Positions 44,509 through 53,999 of a stretch of DNA of 64,000 nt are shown one piece after another (position 1 is the stretch's first letter; each line of letters begins with the position of its first letter). Source of the stretch: an uncultured Gammaproteobacteria bacterium (GTDB taxonomy: Bacteria; Pseudomonadota; Gammaproteobacteria; Steroidobacterales; Rariloculaceae); contig OY969712.1 of assembly GCA_963702105.1 (NCBI GenBank), positions 1,796,312-1,860,311 of the forward strand, given 5' to 3'. The notes under the pieces are model-generated. The model searched no databases, was not told where the DNA came from, and saw only the letters and a list, made by a program, of their open reading frames with translations. Made by a program: the position numbers and the translations under genes.

Positions 44509-46118
44509 CGGACGGTCCCGACCGCACGCGCTTGAAGCCCGGCGAGGCGGAGGCGACGCGCCTGTTTCACGAGGCGCCACCGGAAGCGACTCGGCTGCGG
44601 CCCGAGCCCGGGCCGCCCGAGGCGACGCGGCTGCGGCCCGAGCCCGCGGCGCCCGAGCCGACGCGCCTGCCCCCCGAGCCCCCTGCGCCCGAAGGGACCC
44701 GGCTGCGGCCGCAGGCGGCGAGCCGGGCGCCGACAGGCTCAGACTGGTCGCACCCCGAAGAATGGGAGAGCAGGGAGGGACCTCCGCTCGCGCCCGGCAG
44801 CGTCATCAAGCAGCGCTTCGTGCTCGATTCCGTGCTGGGGCAGGGCGGCATGGGCATCGTCTATCGCGCGCTCGACCGACGTAAGCAGGAAGCGCAGGAC
44901 CGTGAGCCTTACGTCGCAATCAAGATCCTCGGCGAGGAATTCCGCCGGCATCCGAACGCATTGATCGCGCTGCAGCGCGAAGCGCGCAAGGCGCAGACGC
45001 TCGCGCATCCGAACGTCATTACGGTCCACGATTTCGACCGCGACGGCACCACGGTCTACATGACCATGGAGTTGCTCGACGGCGACCCGCTGAACAAGCA
45101 GATTGCCGCGCATCCGCACGGGCTCGCACGCGAGAAGGCGCTGCCGATCATTCGCGGTGCGGCGGAAGCGCTGGCCTACGCGCACAAGAACGGCATCGTG
45201 CATTCGGACTTCAAGCCCGGCAACATTTTCGTCACGCGCCGCGGCGTGAAAGTCCTCGACTTCGGCATCGCGCGCGCCGTGCCGATTCAGACAGGGGTCG
45301 CCACGGGTCAGGAGGCCGGCGCAGCGGGCGCGGAGCCGGCGGGCACGGATCACACCGTGTTCGACGCGGCGGGCCTCGGCGCGCTCACACCTTCCTACGC
45401 GAGCCCGGAGATGCTCGCGGGCGAGCCGCCGGCGCCGGCGGACGACGTCTTTGCGTTGGGCGTCGTGGCCTTCGAGCTGCTGACGGGGAGGCACCCGTTC
45501 GACAGGTTGCCGGCCGACCGCGCGCGCGACAGCGGCATGAAACCGCCGCCGATCGCCGACCTGCCGCGCCGCCAGCGCAAGGCGCTCGCGCGAGCGCTCT
45601 CGTTCGAACGGACGGCGCGTCAGCCGGACGCTCGCGCGTTCCTCAGAGAGCTGGATGGGCCGAGCCCGGTCCGCAAGGCGGCCTATGCCTCCCCGATCGT
45701 GGTGCTTGCGGCCGCCGCGGCCTACTTTTTCTACGCCGGCCACCAGCTCAAGCCCGACGTGCCGTTCTCGGCACTGCCGCCCGAGGCGCAAAAGGAGTTC
45801 AACGACGACATCGCGCAGGGCGACAAGGCGTTGAAGTTCGGGGCCGTGGCTTTGAACGACGCCTTCGACTATTTCTCGCGCGCGTATACGGTTCACCGCA
45901 ACGACCCGCGCGCGATCCGCGGGTTGCAGGCCGTCGCCGACGGCTTTCTGGGCTCGATGGCGGGCGCCGAGCCCGGCGTGAAGCGAGACGTGCTGCGCAA
46001 GCTGTACTGCCAGGAGTATCTTTCCGGCTACGCCCCGGTGCTGACGGCGTGCTCGAAGACGCTCGGCGCCGCGCAGTGCACGGAGGAGCGCATGGGCTGC
46101 GCGCCCGCGAACCCGTAA
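44505..46118 (+). CDS. ppkA: T6SS-associated Hanks-type Ser/Thr kinase PpkA with TM helix and small periplasmic domain
   Basis: GQGGMGIVYRA, VAIKIL, HSDFKPGNIF, DFGIA and SPE. TM AAYASPIVVLAAAAAYFFYAG. The N-terminal 70 aa hold tandem TRL repeats. Confidence 0.9.
   Translation: MTDGPDRTRLKPGEAEATRLFHEAPPEATRLRPEPGPPEATRLRPEPAAPEPTRLPPEPPAPEGTRLRPQAASRAPTGSDWSHPEEWESREGPPLAPGSVIKQRFVLDSVLGQGGMGIVYRALDRRKQEAQDREPYVAIKILGEEFRRHPNALIALQREARKAQTLAHPNVITVHDFDRDGTTVYMTMELLDGDPLNKQIAAHPHGLAREKALPIIRGAAEALAYAHKNGIVHSDFKPGNIFVTRRGVKVLDFGIARAVPIQTGVATGQEAGAAGAEPAGTDHTVFDAAGLGALTPSYASPEMLAGEPPAPADDVFALGVVAFELLTGRHPFDRLPADRARDSGMKPPPIADLPRRQRKALARALSFERTARQPDARAFLRELDGPSPVRKAAYASPIVVLAAAAAYFFYAGHQLKPDVPFSALPPEAQKEFNDDIAQGDKALKFGAVALNDAFDYFSRAYTVHRNDPRAIRGLQAVADGFLGSMAGAEPGVKRDVLRKLYCQEYLSGYAPVLTACSKTLGAAQCTEERMGCAPANP
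44520..44720 (+). repeat. Tandem coding repeat (about 36 nt / 12 aa unit, six T-R-L motifs) at the ppkA 5' end
   Basis: DRTRLKPGEAEA-TRLFHEAPPEA-TRLRPEPGPPEA-TRLRPEPAAPEP-TRLPPEPPAPEG-TRLRPQ. The DNA unit GAGGCGACGCGGCTGCGGCCCGAGCCCG recurs. Confidence 0.85.
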
Positions 46119-46171
46119 TGAAGACGTTTACATTTGCAAGGGTTGCCGCGTATGTGGGACATTCCGCTTGT

Positions 46172-46200
46172 TTGACAGGATCAGGCCCCGTCGCTAATGT
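46172..46200 (+). promoter_or_regulatory. Candidate sigma70 promoter TTGACA-17 nt-TAATGT
   Basis: Read directly in the lower-GC intergenic region after ppkA. The -10 element ends 15 nt before the first ATG of the next gene, implying a very short leader or use of the ATG at 46228. Confidence 0.4.
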
Positions 46201-46215
46201 CTCTTCGCCACGACA

Positions 46216-47847
46216 ATGACCCGCGCAATGCACCTTAGCGCCCGTTCAATAGTCCTTGCTTGCGTGCTCGCCGCAACGGTGGCGTTGACTGGGGCGTCGG
46301 CGCATGCACAGGGCCGCAGGGCGCGCAACGCCGGCAAAGCCCAGGAGGGTTACAGCGCCGTGCAGGCTCTCGAAATCGTGGATTGCCTGCTGCCGGGTCA
46401 AGTCAGAGTGGTCGGCGGGCGAACGTATCTCACGCCCCGCCGGCCGACGCGCACGACGGCCGCGGACTGCGGCGCGCGCGGCGGTGAGTACCTCGCATAC
46501 GACCGGGCGGATTACCGCTCGGCGCTCAACGTCTGGTTGCCCACGGCCCAGCAGGGCGATCCCAAAGCGCAGACCATGGTCGGCGAAATCTTCGAGCGCG
46601 GCCTCGGCGCGCAGCCGAACTACGAGGCGGCGGCGGATTGGTACAAGAAGGCCGCGGATCAGGGCTACGCCCAGGCGGAGTTCGACCTCGGTGCGCTGTA
46701 CGAGCAGGGCCTCGGCGTGCCGCAGGACAAGCTCACGGCGCTCAACTGGTATCGCAAGGCGTCCGGCCTCTCTAAGGACAGCGTGATCTTTCAGTCGGCT
46801 GCCGCCGAGGAGCAGTCGGCGCTGCGCAAGCAGCTGGAGGCCCAGATATCTCAGCGCGAGCGCCAGATCGAGGCCTTGCAGAAGCAGGTGGACGGCCTGC
46901 AGCGCCAGCTCGGCAAGGACAAGAGTGCGGCGGAGCAGCTGCAGTCGCTCAAGGGACTGCTGGCTCAGCTGCAGTCCCAGCGCGGCGACGACCAGCAGCG
47001 CCTGGCCGCCATGCCCACGTACCGCAGCGCGGACTCCGCTCGGCCGGAGTCCTCGAAAGGCGGCAAATTCGAGCAGGGCCGCCAGATCGAGTACCACCGT
47101 AAATCGTTCGGCCGGTACTACGCGCTCATTATCGGCGTCCAGGACTATCAGCACCTCGATAACCTCGCTTCACCCGTCAACGACGTGGAGCAGGCGAAAA
47201 AGGTGCTCGAGCAGAAGTACGGGTTCAGCGTGGTCGCGCTCGTGAATCCCGATCAGCTCACGCTCATGAAGGCCGTGAACCAGCTGAACGACACGCTGAC
47301 CGAGGACGACAATCTGCTGATCTATTTCGCGGGCCATGGCGACCGCTTGAAGAGCGGCACGCGCGAGACGGGCTATTGGCTGCCGACGAATGCGGAGCCG
47401 CCGCCGGACGATACGCTCTGGGTGCCGAACGAGTTCGTGAGCCGGCACCTCGGCCGGATCAAGGCGAGGCGCGTGCTCGTGGTCTCGGACTCGTGCTATG
47501 CGGGGCTGCTCGGCGACGACCCGGGGTACGTCATGGTCGGGGAAGGCCACTATACGGACGAGTACATTCAATGGAAGATGCCGAAGCGGTCGCGGCTCGT
47601 GCTGGCCTCGGGCGGTGACCAGCCGGTGCTCGACAGCGGTCCGGGGGGGCATTCGGTCTTCGCGCATGCGTTTCTCGAGACTCTTCAGAACAACGATAAG
47701 GTGCTCACGGCGCCGGAGCTGTTCTTGGATATCCGAAAGCTCGTCCGCGAGTCCGCGACGGCGGCGAAGAGCGGCCAGGAGCCGGAGCTGAAGGTCATCA
47801 AGGACGCGGGGCACGAGGTCGGCGACTTTTTCTTCATTCCCAGCTGA
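46216..47847 (+). CDS. Secreted Sel1-repeat / coiled-coil / caspase-family (peptidase C14) protein
   Basis: Signal peptide IVLACVLAATVALTGASAHA. Sel1 repeats (AADWYKKAADQGYAQAEFDLGALYEQGLGV). Gln-rich coiled coil. The catalytic dyad contexts are YFAGHG and VVSDSCYAG. Confidence 0.8.
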   Translation: MTRAMHLSARSIVLACVLAATVALTGASAHAQGRRARNAGKAQEGYSAVQALEIVDCLLPGQVRVVGGRTYLTPRRPTRTTAADCGARGGEYLAYDRADYRSALNVWLPTAQQGDPKAQTMVGEIFERGLGAQPNYEAAADWYKKAADQGYAQAEFDLGALYEQGLGVPQDKLTALNWYRKASGLSKDSVIFQSAAAEEQSALRKQLEAQISQRERQIEALQKQVDGLQRQLGKDKSAAEQLQSLKGLLAQLQSQRGDDQQRLAAMPTYRSADSARPESSKGGKFEQGRQIEYHRKSFGRYYALIIGVQDYQHLDNLASPVNDVEQAKKVLEQKYGFSVVALVNPDQLTLMKAVNQLNDTLTEDDNLLIYFAGHGDRLKSGTRETGYWLPTNAEPPPDDTLWVPNEFVSRHLGRIKARRVLVVSDSCYAGLLGDDPGYVMVGEGHYTDEYIQWKMPKRSRLVLASGGDQPVLDSGPGGHSVFAHAFLETLQNNDKVLTAPELFLDIRKLVRESATAAKSGQEPELKVIKDAGHEVGDFFFIPS

Positions 47848-47893
47848 AGAAAACGAGGAAGAACGGTCCGACGCATTCGCGCGCGGATCGGCA

Positions 47894-47912
47894 GGCGGAG
47901 CGCGGCTCCGCC
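47894..47912 (+). terminator. GC hairpin GGCGGAGC-GCG-GCTCCGCC after the caspase-family gene
   Basis: Perfect 8-bp stem read directly. There is no T tract, so its function is uncertain. Confidence 0.3.
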
Positions 47913-47958
47913 GGCAGCGGTAAGGGGGCGGGGCTGCAGCTGTCGGAGGACGGCGTCG

Positions 47959-49611
47959 ATGAACCCAAATGGTTACCTCAGCAATGCGCCGCGAGGCCAT
48001 GTTCTCGCAGTTTGTGCCGCTGTGGCGCTCTTCGGCCTCGGCCGCGGCGTCGAGGCGCAGACGAACGACGGTCAGGCCGGGCCCGGGCTGCTCGGCTCGG
48101 GTCTGAGCTACGCGAATGACATCGAGCGGGCCGCCGCGGCCGCCAACGACCTCGTTTTCCGGACGCTGGACACGGACTGCAACCCGGGCGGGGTGCTCGA
48201 TCAGATCCCCGACCCGACGTTCGGCGACATCACCTCAGTGGGGGCCACGCGGGACGCCGGCGGCCCCGGCCCGCTTTGCAATCCCGATACGTTCTTCGTC
48301 TACGTCAACGCGCGAGAGCTCGTGCAGACGGCCAACGAGCTGCAGGGGCAGGGACCGACGATCGCGAGCCTGCACCTCGACCAGGAAGGTCTCGGCGCCG
48401 CGCTGCGCTGGACCGCGGCCGAGGAGCTCTCGGCGCAGGGATCCATGGCCACGGAGTTCGCGAACAGCCAGCTTTCGACGCTCGCGGCCCGCCTGACCGC
48501 ACTGAGGTTCGGGGCGACGGGCTTTACGACGACCGGGCTGTACGACTGGCGCGGCGCCGCCTCGCCGCTGTTCGCGCAGGCGGGCGAGGCGCCCGTTTCG
48601 ACGGACAAGCCCGGCGACGCGGCCGCACCGGCCGCCGGAGCCGCCGAGCGGTACAGCCCCTGGGGCGGATTCCTGAACTGGGGGTTCGGCTACGGCAACA
48701 AGGCGCCGACCGCCCGCGAAGACGCGTTCGACTTCGACGGCTCCGAGTACACTCTGGGTGCCGACTATCGCCTGCCGGGCTCGATCGTGCTCGGCGGCAT
48801 CCTCGGTTCGACGCGGCAAGCCATCGACTTCGATCCCACGGCCAGCGAGATCAGCGTCGTGGACGGCAACATTCGCTCGGACGGCCGCAGCTTCATGGTC
48901 TTTGCGATGTCGCAGGGCGAACGGCTGACCCTGAGCGGGTCGGTGGGCATGCAGTCGCTCGATTACGTCGTCGATCGTGACATTCAGTACCCTTCGTTCA
49001 ATCCTTACACTCAGAGCGTCTATTCGCTCGCACGCAGCACGCCAAGCGCCGACGTCACGACCTCGACGTTCGGATTTTCTTACGCCTTCTCGTGGAACAA
49101 GTTCACGCTCGAGCCGACCTTGGACGTCGAGGCGCTCCGCGTTTCGATCGGCGCATTTTCCGAGCAGCGCAGCATCAACCTGTTGAGTAACGCGAGTCAG
49201 AGCCGGCGGTTCGACCTCGCGGTATCGAAGCAGGACATCCACAGCTTGAAGACGGCCGTCGGCGCGAGGTTTCAGTACGTCGTGACCCCGCGCTTCGGCG
49301 TCGTCGTGCCGTTCGGGAGCGTGCGGCTGTTTCACGAGTCGCAAAACGGCACGCGGACCATTTCGAGCGGCTACGCCGCGCTCGCCGACATTCTCGGAAC
49401 GACGACGTTCAAGCTGCCGACCGATGCCGCCGACCGGTCCTACTTCACGGCCGCCGTGGGGGTCTCGGCCGTGCTGCGCGGCGGGCGGCAGCGCGAAGCG
49501 GGCGGGCCCATAGCGGGCGGCCTCAGCGGCTTCTTCCAGTATGAAACCGTCCAGCAACGCCAGAATTACAGCGATAACGTGCTGACGGCCGGGTTCCGGT
49601 ATGAGTTTTGA
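47959..49611 (+). CDS. Outer-membrane protein with autotransporter-type C-terminal beta-barrel
   Basis: Signal peptide VLAVCAAVALFGLGRGVEA. Alternating beta-strand pattern through the C-terminal ~280 aa, ending GFRYEF (terminal aromatic). The N-terminal region is short (~250 aa). Confidence 0.65.
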   Translation: MNPNGYLSNAPRGHVLAVCAAVALFGLGRGVEAQTNDGQAGPGLLGSGLSYANDIERAAAAANDLVFRTLDTDCNPGGVLDQIPDPTFGDITSVGATRDAGGPGPLCNPDTFFVYVNARELVQTANELQGQGPTIASLHLDQEGLGAALRWTAAEELSAQGSMATEFANSQLSTLAARLTALRFGATGFTTTGLYDWRGAASPLFAQAGEAPVSTDKPGDAAAPAAGAAERYSPWGGFLNWGFGYGNKAPTAREDAFDFDGSEYTLGADYRLPGSIVLGGILGSTRQAIDFDPTASEISVVDGNIRSDGRSFMVFAMSQGERLTLSGSVGMQSLDYVVDRDIQYPSFNPYTQSVYSLARSTPSADVTTSTFGFSYAFSWNKFTLEPTLDVEALRVSIGAFSEQRSINLLSNASQSRRFDLAVSKQDIHSLKTAVGARFQYVVTPRFGVVVPFGSVRLFHESQNGTRTISSGYAALADILGTTTFKLPTDAADRSYFTAAVGVSAVLRGGRQREAGGPIAGGLSGFFQYETVQQRQNYSDNVLTAGFRYEF

Positions 49612-49642
49612 CCGGCCGGGCAAGCAAGGGAAAGAAAAAGCG

Positions 49643-52600
49643 ATGCGTACACAGCGATGCTCGAGGCGAGCGCGGCGGCTGCGACGCGCCGCGGGGATGG
49701 CGGCCTTGTGCCTGCCGGTCTTCGGATGCAGCAAGCTCAGCGACGTCGGCCGGCAAACGGAGCCCGCGATCCAGACGATCGCCTCGGCGATCGGCCAGCC
49801 TTACACGACGGACAGCAGCGGCAACCTGAATACGACCGTGCGCGCCGGCGCGGACGTGCTCTTGAGCGGCGAGAACAGCCAGAAGGGCGCAACGGACACC
49901 GGGGCTCCGCTGATCTCGTTCAAGTGGGAGCAGATCGATCCGGGCACGACGCCGGTGCAGCTGATCTACAGGACCAGCAATACCGTTTCGTTTCTCGCCC
50001 CGCAGGTGAGCCAGGATACGACCTTGAAGTTCAAGCTCACGGTCGCCGACGGCGAGGGCCGCTCCGGCTCGACCGAGGCCGACGTGCTCGTGAAGCCCTT
50101 CCGAGACGTGGATCATTTCCTGCAGTATCTGGACGTGCCTGGCACCTTTCCGGTCGTCGTCGGGACCGACGCCAAGGTCGCCGCCGACCCGGCCGCCGGC
50201 GCCACTGCCCAAGTGCCGGTTTCGGTGACGATGACGAAGCTCGTGAGCTTCACGGACCGGAACGGAATCACCCACTCGCGCGTCGCGCTCAGCGGGCCCG
50301 TCACGGTGAACACGGGCTGGACGGCGCGCCTCGGCAGCGGCGGCAACGGCTGCGCGGCCCCCGAGAATCCGACCGTGAATCTGCCCGTGCCGCGCGTCAA
50401 CCTCGACGACGTGCTGGCCGATGCGGCCGGCGCCTTTCCGGCCGGCACCGTGCTTTCGGATGCGATGGAGCTCGCCGACGTCGGCACCGTTCAGCTCGAA
50501 GTGCGCCTCGACGCCGCATCGGCCGCCGCGACCCCGCTGCTCTGCGTCAATGGCGCGACCACCGCCGCCGCCAGCGGCGCGATCGTCGATGCCGCAAGTC
50601 TGCTCGGCAACGCTTCGCCGCGCGATTCGGCAACGTCGGCTCAGGCGTACTACAACACGATTGATCCGACGGGCAGCAAAACCACGTTAGCCGGCTGGCT
50701 CGAGGCGAACGGGTTCGACTCGACGGTCAAGGGTTGGAACGCCGACGCGCACGCCGTCTATACGAACAACTTCGATCTCGGCTTCGGGCGCGACATGTAT
50801 ATGAAGCAGGGCGCCTGCGACAGCGGCGCGGGCGCTCTGCCCCTCGACGAGCGCAGAGGAAAATGCAACGTCGCGGCCGTCGTGGTGAACTACGCGGGCA
50901 TCGAGGCCGCGGCGAAGGCGCTGAATCCCATCGTCGCCGTCGCCATGGAGTACAGCGCGGCACCTGGCGGCGCCCAACGCTTCGTGAAGTTTTACACCTA
51001 CGCGTTCGACTCGCGCAGCGGCGGCTTCGCCCGCGTGCTCAGCGTGAATCTCGACCGGCGCGGCGAGGAGGATATGCCGCAGGCCTGCACGGTCTGTCAC
51101 GGCGGGGCGCCGGGCACCGTGGACCAGACGACCGGGCTGTACAGCAACGGCGGCGACGTAAATGCCGCGTTTCTGTCGTGGGACCTCGATTCGCTGCTGT
51201 ACTCGGATACCGACCCCGGCTTCTCGAGCAAATCCCGGGATGCCGCGTTGCGTGCCCAGTTCACTCGCGCCAATCAGGAAGCCGAGTTCAAGAAGCTCAA
51301 CGAAGGTGCCTACCTTACGATGGCGGATCCGCCCGGGGCCGCCGGCCGCTATGCGCTCGTGCGCGAGCTGCTGGAAGGCTGGTACGGCGGCGCCGGTTTG
51401 CCGAAGGCCTCGTTCGATGGCAGCTTCGTGCCTCAGGGCTGGAAGCCCGAGGGTCCGGACGGCACCGCGAATACGGCAGACGACAATCCGGCGGACTCGG
51501 CCACGGTCTACTCCGACGTCTTTGCGCGCAATTGCCGCGCGTGCCACGACGCTCAGGTGCCCGTTGCTGGAACCGATCCCCGCACGGCCACCGTCAACGT
51601 CTCGGGCGTCGGCCCGCTACCCGCCTGCAGCAACGATGCCCGGCTCGGGAATACGAGCGTCGGCGTAACGTACCAAGTGCCGATGGGCTGTTACTGGGAG
51701 TTTGCGCATGCCCCCGACCTGACCGACCGCCTGAGCCGGAATGTCATGCCTTTCGCGCGTCGGACGAGCGACCGCATGTGGGTCAGTGCAGACGGTCAGT
51801 CGGCGGGCGATCTTCTACGGGCCCACCTGCTGGCCGCGCAGGGCACGACGGTCGACGAACCGGGGACACCCTACGCCTGCATCGATACGCTCGGCAACGT
51901 CACTCGCGGCAAGTGGCTCGGCCTCACCTCCACCTGCAGCCGATTTCTCGACGGTGCGCATTGGACGTTGTCGCCGCCGGCCGCGAGCGCGGCCGCTCTC
52001 GTCGGCGCCGACACGGCTTCAACGCGCTTCTTGCCGGACGTTCAGGGCGACTATACCGTTACCCTCAGCGACGCCGCGGGTGCATCCTCCGCACAGGTCA
52101 TCGCTTCGGTCCCCGTCGCCTCGCCCGTCGCGGGCGACGGGACGGCCTCCGTCGTGCTCGACCCGAGCGGGACGGGCACGGTCGACGTCGACGTAGGCGC
52201 CCTTGCCAGTTCCCGGGATCCGCTCGCCTCGACGAGCATCGAAAGCCAGAACGGGGTCTCCGCAACCGTCGTCGGCCCCACGACCATTCGCATCACGGCG
52301 AATTCGGTGGCAGGCGGCACGGTGACGTACCACCTCGCGGACGTAGACGGCGACCTCTCCGGCACGGCCACGATCACCGTGAATGTGGCGGGCAGTATCG
52401 CCGCGAACGATCAGACCTTCACTTTCACGACGAACAGCACTGCCAACGATGTCGACCTCGCGGCGCTCGTGAGCAGGCCGACGGGGCAGGACATCACGCT
52501 GACCGTCACGCAACCGACCGTGCACCGCAGCCGCGGTCCGGGCAGCGTCTCGGCTCCCGACGGAACAGGGCACGTGAAGTACAACGCTCCGTTGGGCGTC

Positions 52601-53098
52601 ACTTCCTACTTCAACGGCGCGACGATCGACGCAAACAGCCAGGATCAATTCACGTACACGGCATGCTTCTCGTTGCAGCCGGCCACCTGCGACAGCGGTA
52701 CGATCACCGTACGCCTCGAGGGCACGCGAAGCTTTCCTTCGGTGCAGACGATCATGTCGAACAACTGTTCGGCCGGGTGTCACGAGAGCGCGCAGACCGG
52801 CGCGAATTCCAACTATATCGTCGGTGCGACTTATGCCGACGCGAATGCCCGCCACGCGCTGTACTGCGAGCTCACGACGCTCAAGTCCGTTACGGGAAAC
52901 ACGGGCACGGAACCGGCGAATACGCCCTACGTAGACTTGACGACGCCAAGCTCGAGCCTGCTCTATCGGAAACCGCAGAACCTCGACGGTCACGGCGGCG
53001 CTACAGTCGGCGACGCCGCGAGCGTCTGGGATCCGATTCTCCAGTGGATCGACGAGGGCGCTTACTTCACGGAGAACAGCAATCAGAGTTGTCCGTAG
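49643..53098 (+). CDS. Large (1151 aa) lipoprotein with PKD/Ig-like modules and three Cx2-3CH motifs
   Basis: In-frame ATG 49643. Lipobox LCLPVFGC. PKD-like FKWEQIDPGTTPVQL...LKFKLTVADGEGRSG. Ig/cadherin-like VTYHLADVDGDLSGTATITVNV. CTVCHGG, NCRACHD and NCSAGCHE. The C-terminus SSLLYRKPQNLDGHGG...ILQWIDEGAYF resembles Planctomycete-type cytochrome-c-like domains. Confidence 0.6.
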   Translation: MRTQRCSRRARRLRRAAGMAALCLPVFGCSKLSDVGRQTEPAIQTIASAIGQPYTTDSSGNLNTTVRAGADVLLSGENSQKGATDTGAPLISFKWEQIDPGTTPVQLIYRTSNTVSFLAPQVSQDTTLKFKLTVADGEGRSGSTEADVLVKPFRDVDHFLQYLDVPGTFPVVVGTDAKVAADPAAGATAQVPVSVTMTKLVSFTDRNGITHSRVALSGPVTVNTGWTARLGSGGNGCAAPENPTVNLPVPRVNLDDVLADAAGAFPAGTVLSDAMELADVGTVQLEVRLDAASAAATPLLCVNGATTAAASGAIVDAASLLGNASPRDSATSAQAYYNTIDPTGSKTTLAGWLEANGFDSTVKGWNADAHAVYTNNFDLGFGRDMYMKQGACDSGAGALPLDERRGKCNVAAVVVNYAGIEAAAKALNPIVAVAMEYSAAPGGAQRFVKFYTYAFDSRSGGFARVLSVNLDRRGEEDMPQACTVCHGGAPGTVDQTTGLYSNGGDVNAAFLSWDLDSLLYSDTDPGFSSKSRDAALRAQFTRANQEAEFKKLNEGAYLTMADPPGAAGRYALVRELLEGWYGGAGLPKASFDGSFVPQGWKPEGPDGTANTADDNPADSATVYSDVFARNCRACHDAQVPVAGTDPRTATVNVSGVGPLPACSNDARLGNTSVGVTYQVPMGCYWEFAHAPDLTDRLSRNVMPFARRTSDRMWVSADGQSAGDLLRAHLLAAQGTTVDEPGTPYACIDTLGNVTRGKWLGLTSTCSRFLDGAHWTLSPPAASAAALVGADTASTRFLPDVQGDYTVTLSDAAGASSAQVIASVPVASPVAGDGTASVVLDPSGTGTVDVDVGALASSRDPLASTSIESQNGVSATVVGPTTIRITANSVAGGTVTYHLADVDGDLSGTATITVNVAGSIAANDQTFTFTTNSTANDVDLAALVSRPTGQDITLTVTQPTVHRSRGPGSVSAPDGTGHVKYNAPLGVTSYFNGATIDANSQDQFTYTACFSLQPATCDSGTITVRLEGTRSFPSVQTIMSNNCSAGCHESAQTGANSNYIVGATYADANARHALYCELTTLKSVTGNTGTEPANTPYVDLTTPSSSLLYRKPQNLDGHGGATVGDAASVWDPILQWIDEGAYFTENSNQSCP

Positions 53099-53198
53099 CG
53101 CCGAGGTGCGGCGGGACGGCGGCACGCGCCGCGCCGAAGGCCGTGGCGGCGCCGGCCGCGAGAAGCGATAGAACGCGAAGAACGACGAATATCCTGCG

Positions 53199-53618
53199 CT
53201 ATTCGACGGGTTCGGGGTTTGCGCCGGGTGCGTGGGCGCGCGGCTTGAGCAAGCGCTCCCCGAGCGTATAGACGAGCGCGTGGTGCAAGACGGAAAGCGC
53301 GGCCAGCGCGATCGCGAGGCCCCGCTGCCCGATCACCCAGAGGGCAAGCGCCGCGAGCGCGGAGATCGCGAGCTCCTCGATCAGGCGCAGCGGTTCGGCG
53401 TACCGACCGGCGAAACGAAAGTCGAGCGCGCCCCAGATTCCGAAGCCCACGGCGGGCGCTGCGACCCCGAGCACGGTTTTCGCTGCAAGGCCGGTGCCCT
53501 CGTGAATCCCCCACCAAGCCAGGCCGGCGACGATGCCCGCCTCCAACACGCCGCGCAGAGCGACGTTGACCCAGCTCAGCGCCGACTGCCTCTTCGCCTT
53601 CGCCGCGCGCGCCTCCAT
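53199..53618 (-). CDS. DUF2568 (YrdB-like) membrane protein
   Basis: Internal ATG 53618 of track ORF 53199..53672. ALRGVLEAGIVAGLAWWG...FGIWGALDFRFAGRY...LIEELAISALAALALW. Confidence 0.55.
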   Translation of the reverse strand: MEARAAKAKRQSALSWVNVALRGVLEAGIVAGLAWWGIHEGTGLAAKTVLGVAAPAVGFGIWGALDFRFAGRYAEPLRLIEELAISALAALALWVIGQRGLAIALAALSVLHHALVYTLGERLLKPRAHAPGANPEPVE

Positions 53619-53638
53619 CCGCCGGGGATCTCGAGCGC

Positions 53639-53815
53639 TCACAGCTTGAGTAGTGTGCAGCCCTGACCGCACATTCCCACTTCGATCCCTGCCTTCTTGA
53701 GCGCCGCGATCAGCGGGAGATTCGGGTTGTCTACATGGAGTTTCGCGCGGTAGTGCGCGTCGTCGCGCACGGCCGGCGTCGCGGCGCCAAGGATCGTCGG
53801 GAGGCGTGCATGCAT
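53639..53815 (-). CDS. Small hypothetical protein (58 aa)
   Basis: ATG 53815 is preceded by AAGGAG at 7-nt spacing. The C-terminus NPNLPLIAALKKAGIEVGMCGQGC is faintly DsrE-like but far too short, so it may be a gene remnant. Confidence 0.3.
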   Translation of the reverse strand: MHARLPTILGAATPAVRDDAHYRAKLHVDNPNLPLIAALKKAGIEVGMCGQGCTLLKL

Positions 53816-53999
53816 GTCATCGCTCCTTGGTACTTCCTCGGTGGCGCTCGGGCGACCCTCGGTTCGCCGCCATCGAAAGCCGCCTACGGAAATCACGAAT
53901 AGTAGTCGTGCGCCCGGAGTGCCATGTTTGATCCACGGATTTTTTCATCAGCGGATGTTTCGGCGGCTCAACGAAAAAAGGTCCAGCAAAGGTAAGCAT

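Noticed and set aside
5268-52043. Idea that every GACGTTC/GAACGTC copy marks a frameshift
   Set aside because: The other copies I located keep the expected protein sequence in frame. They start at about 5268, 19442, 23341, 31296, 32144, 35122, 36219, 40544, 41373, 45011, 48216, 49065, 49404 and 52037. Only three sites are disrupted.
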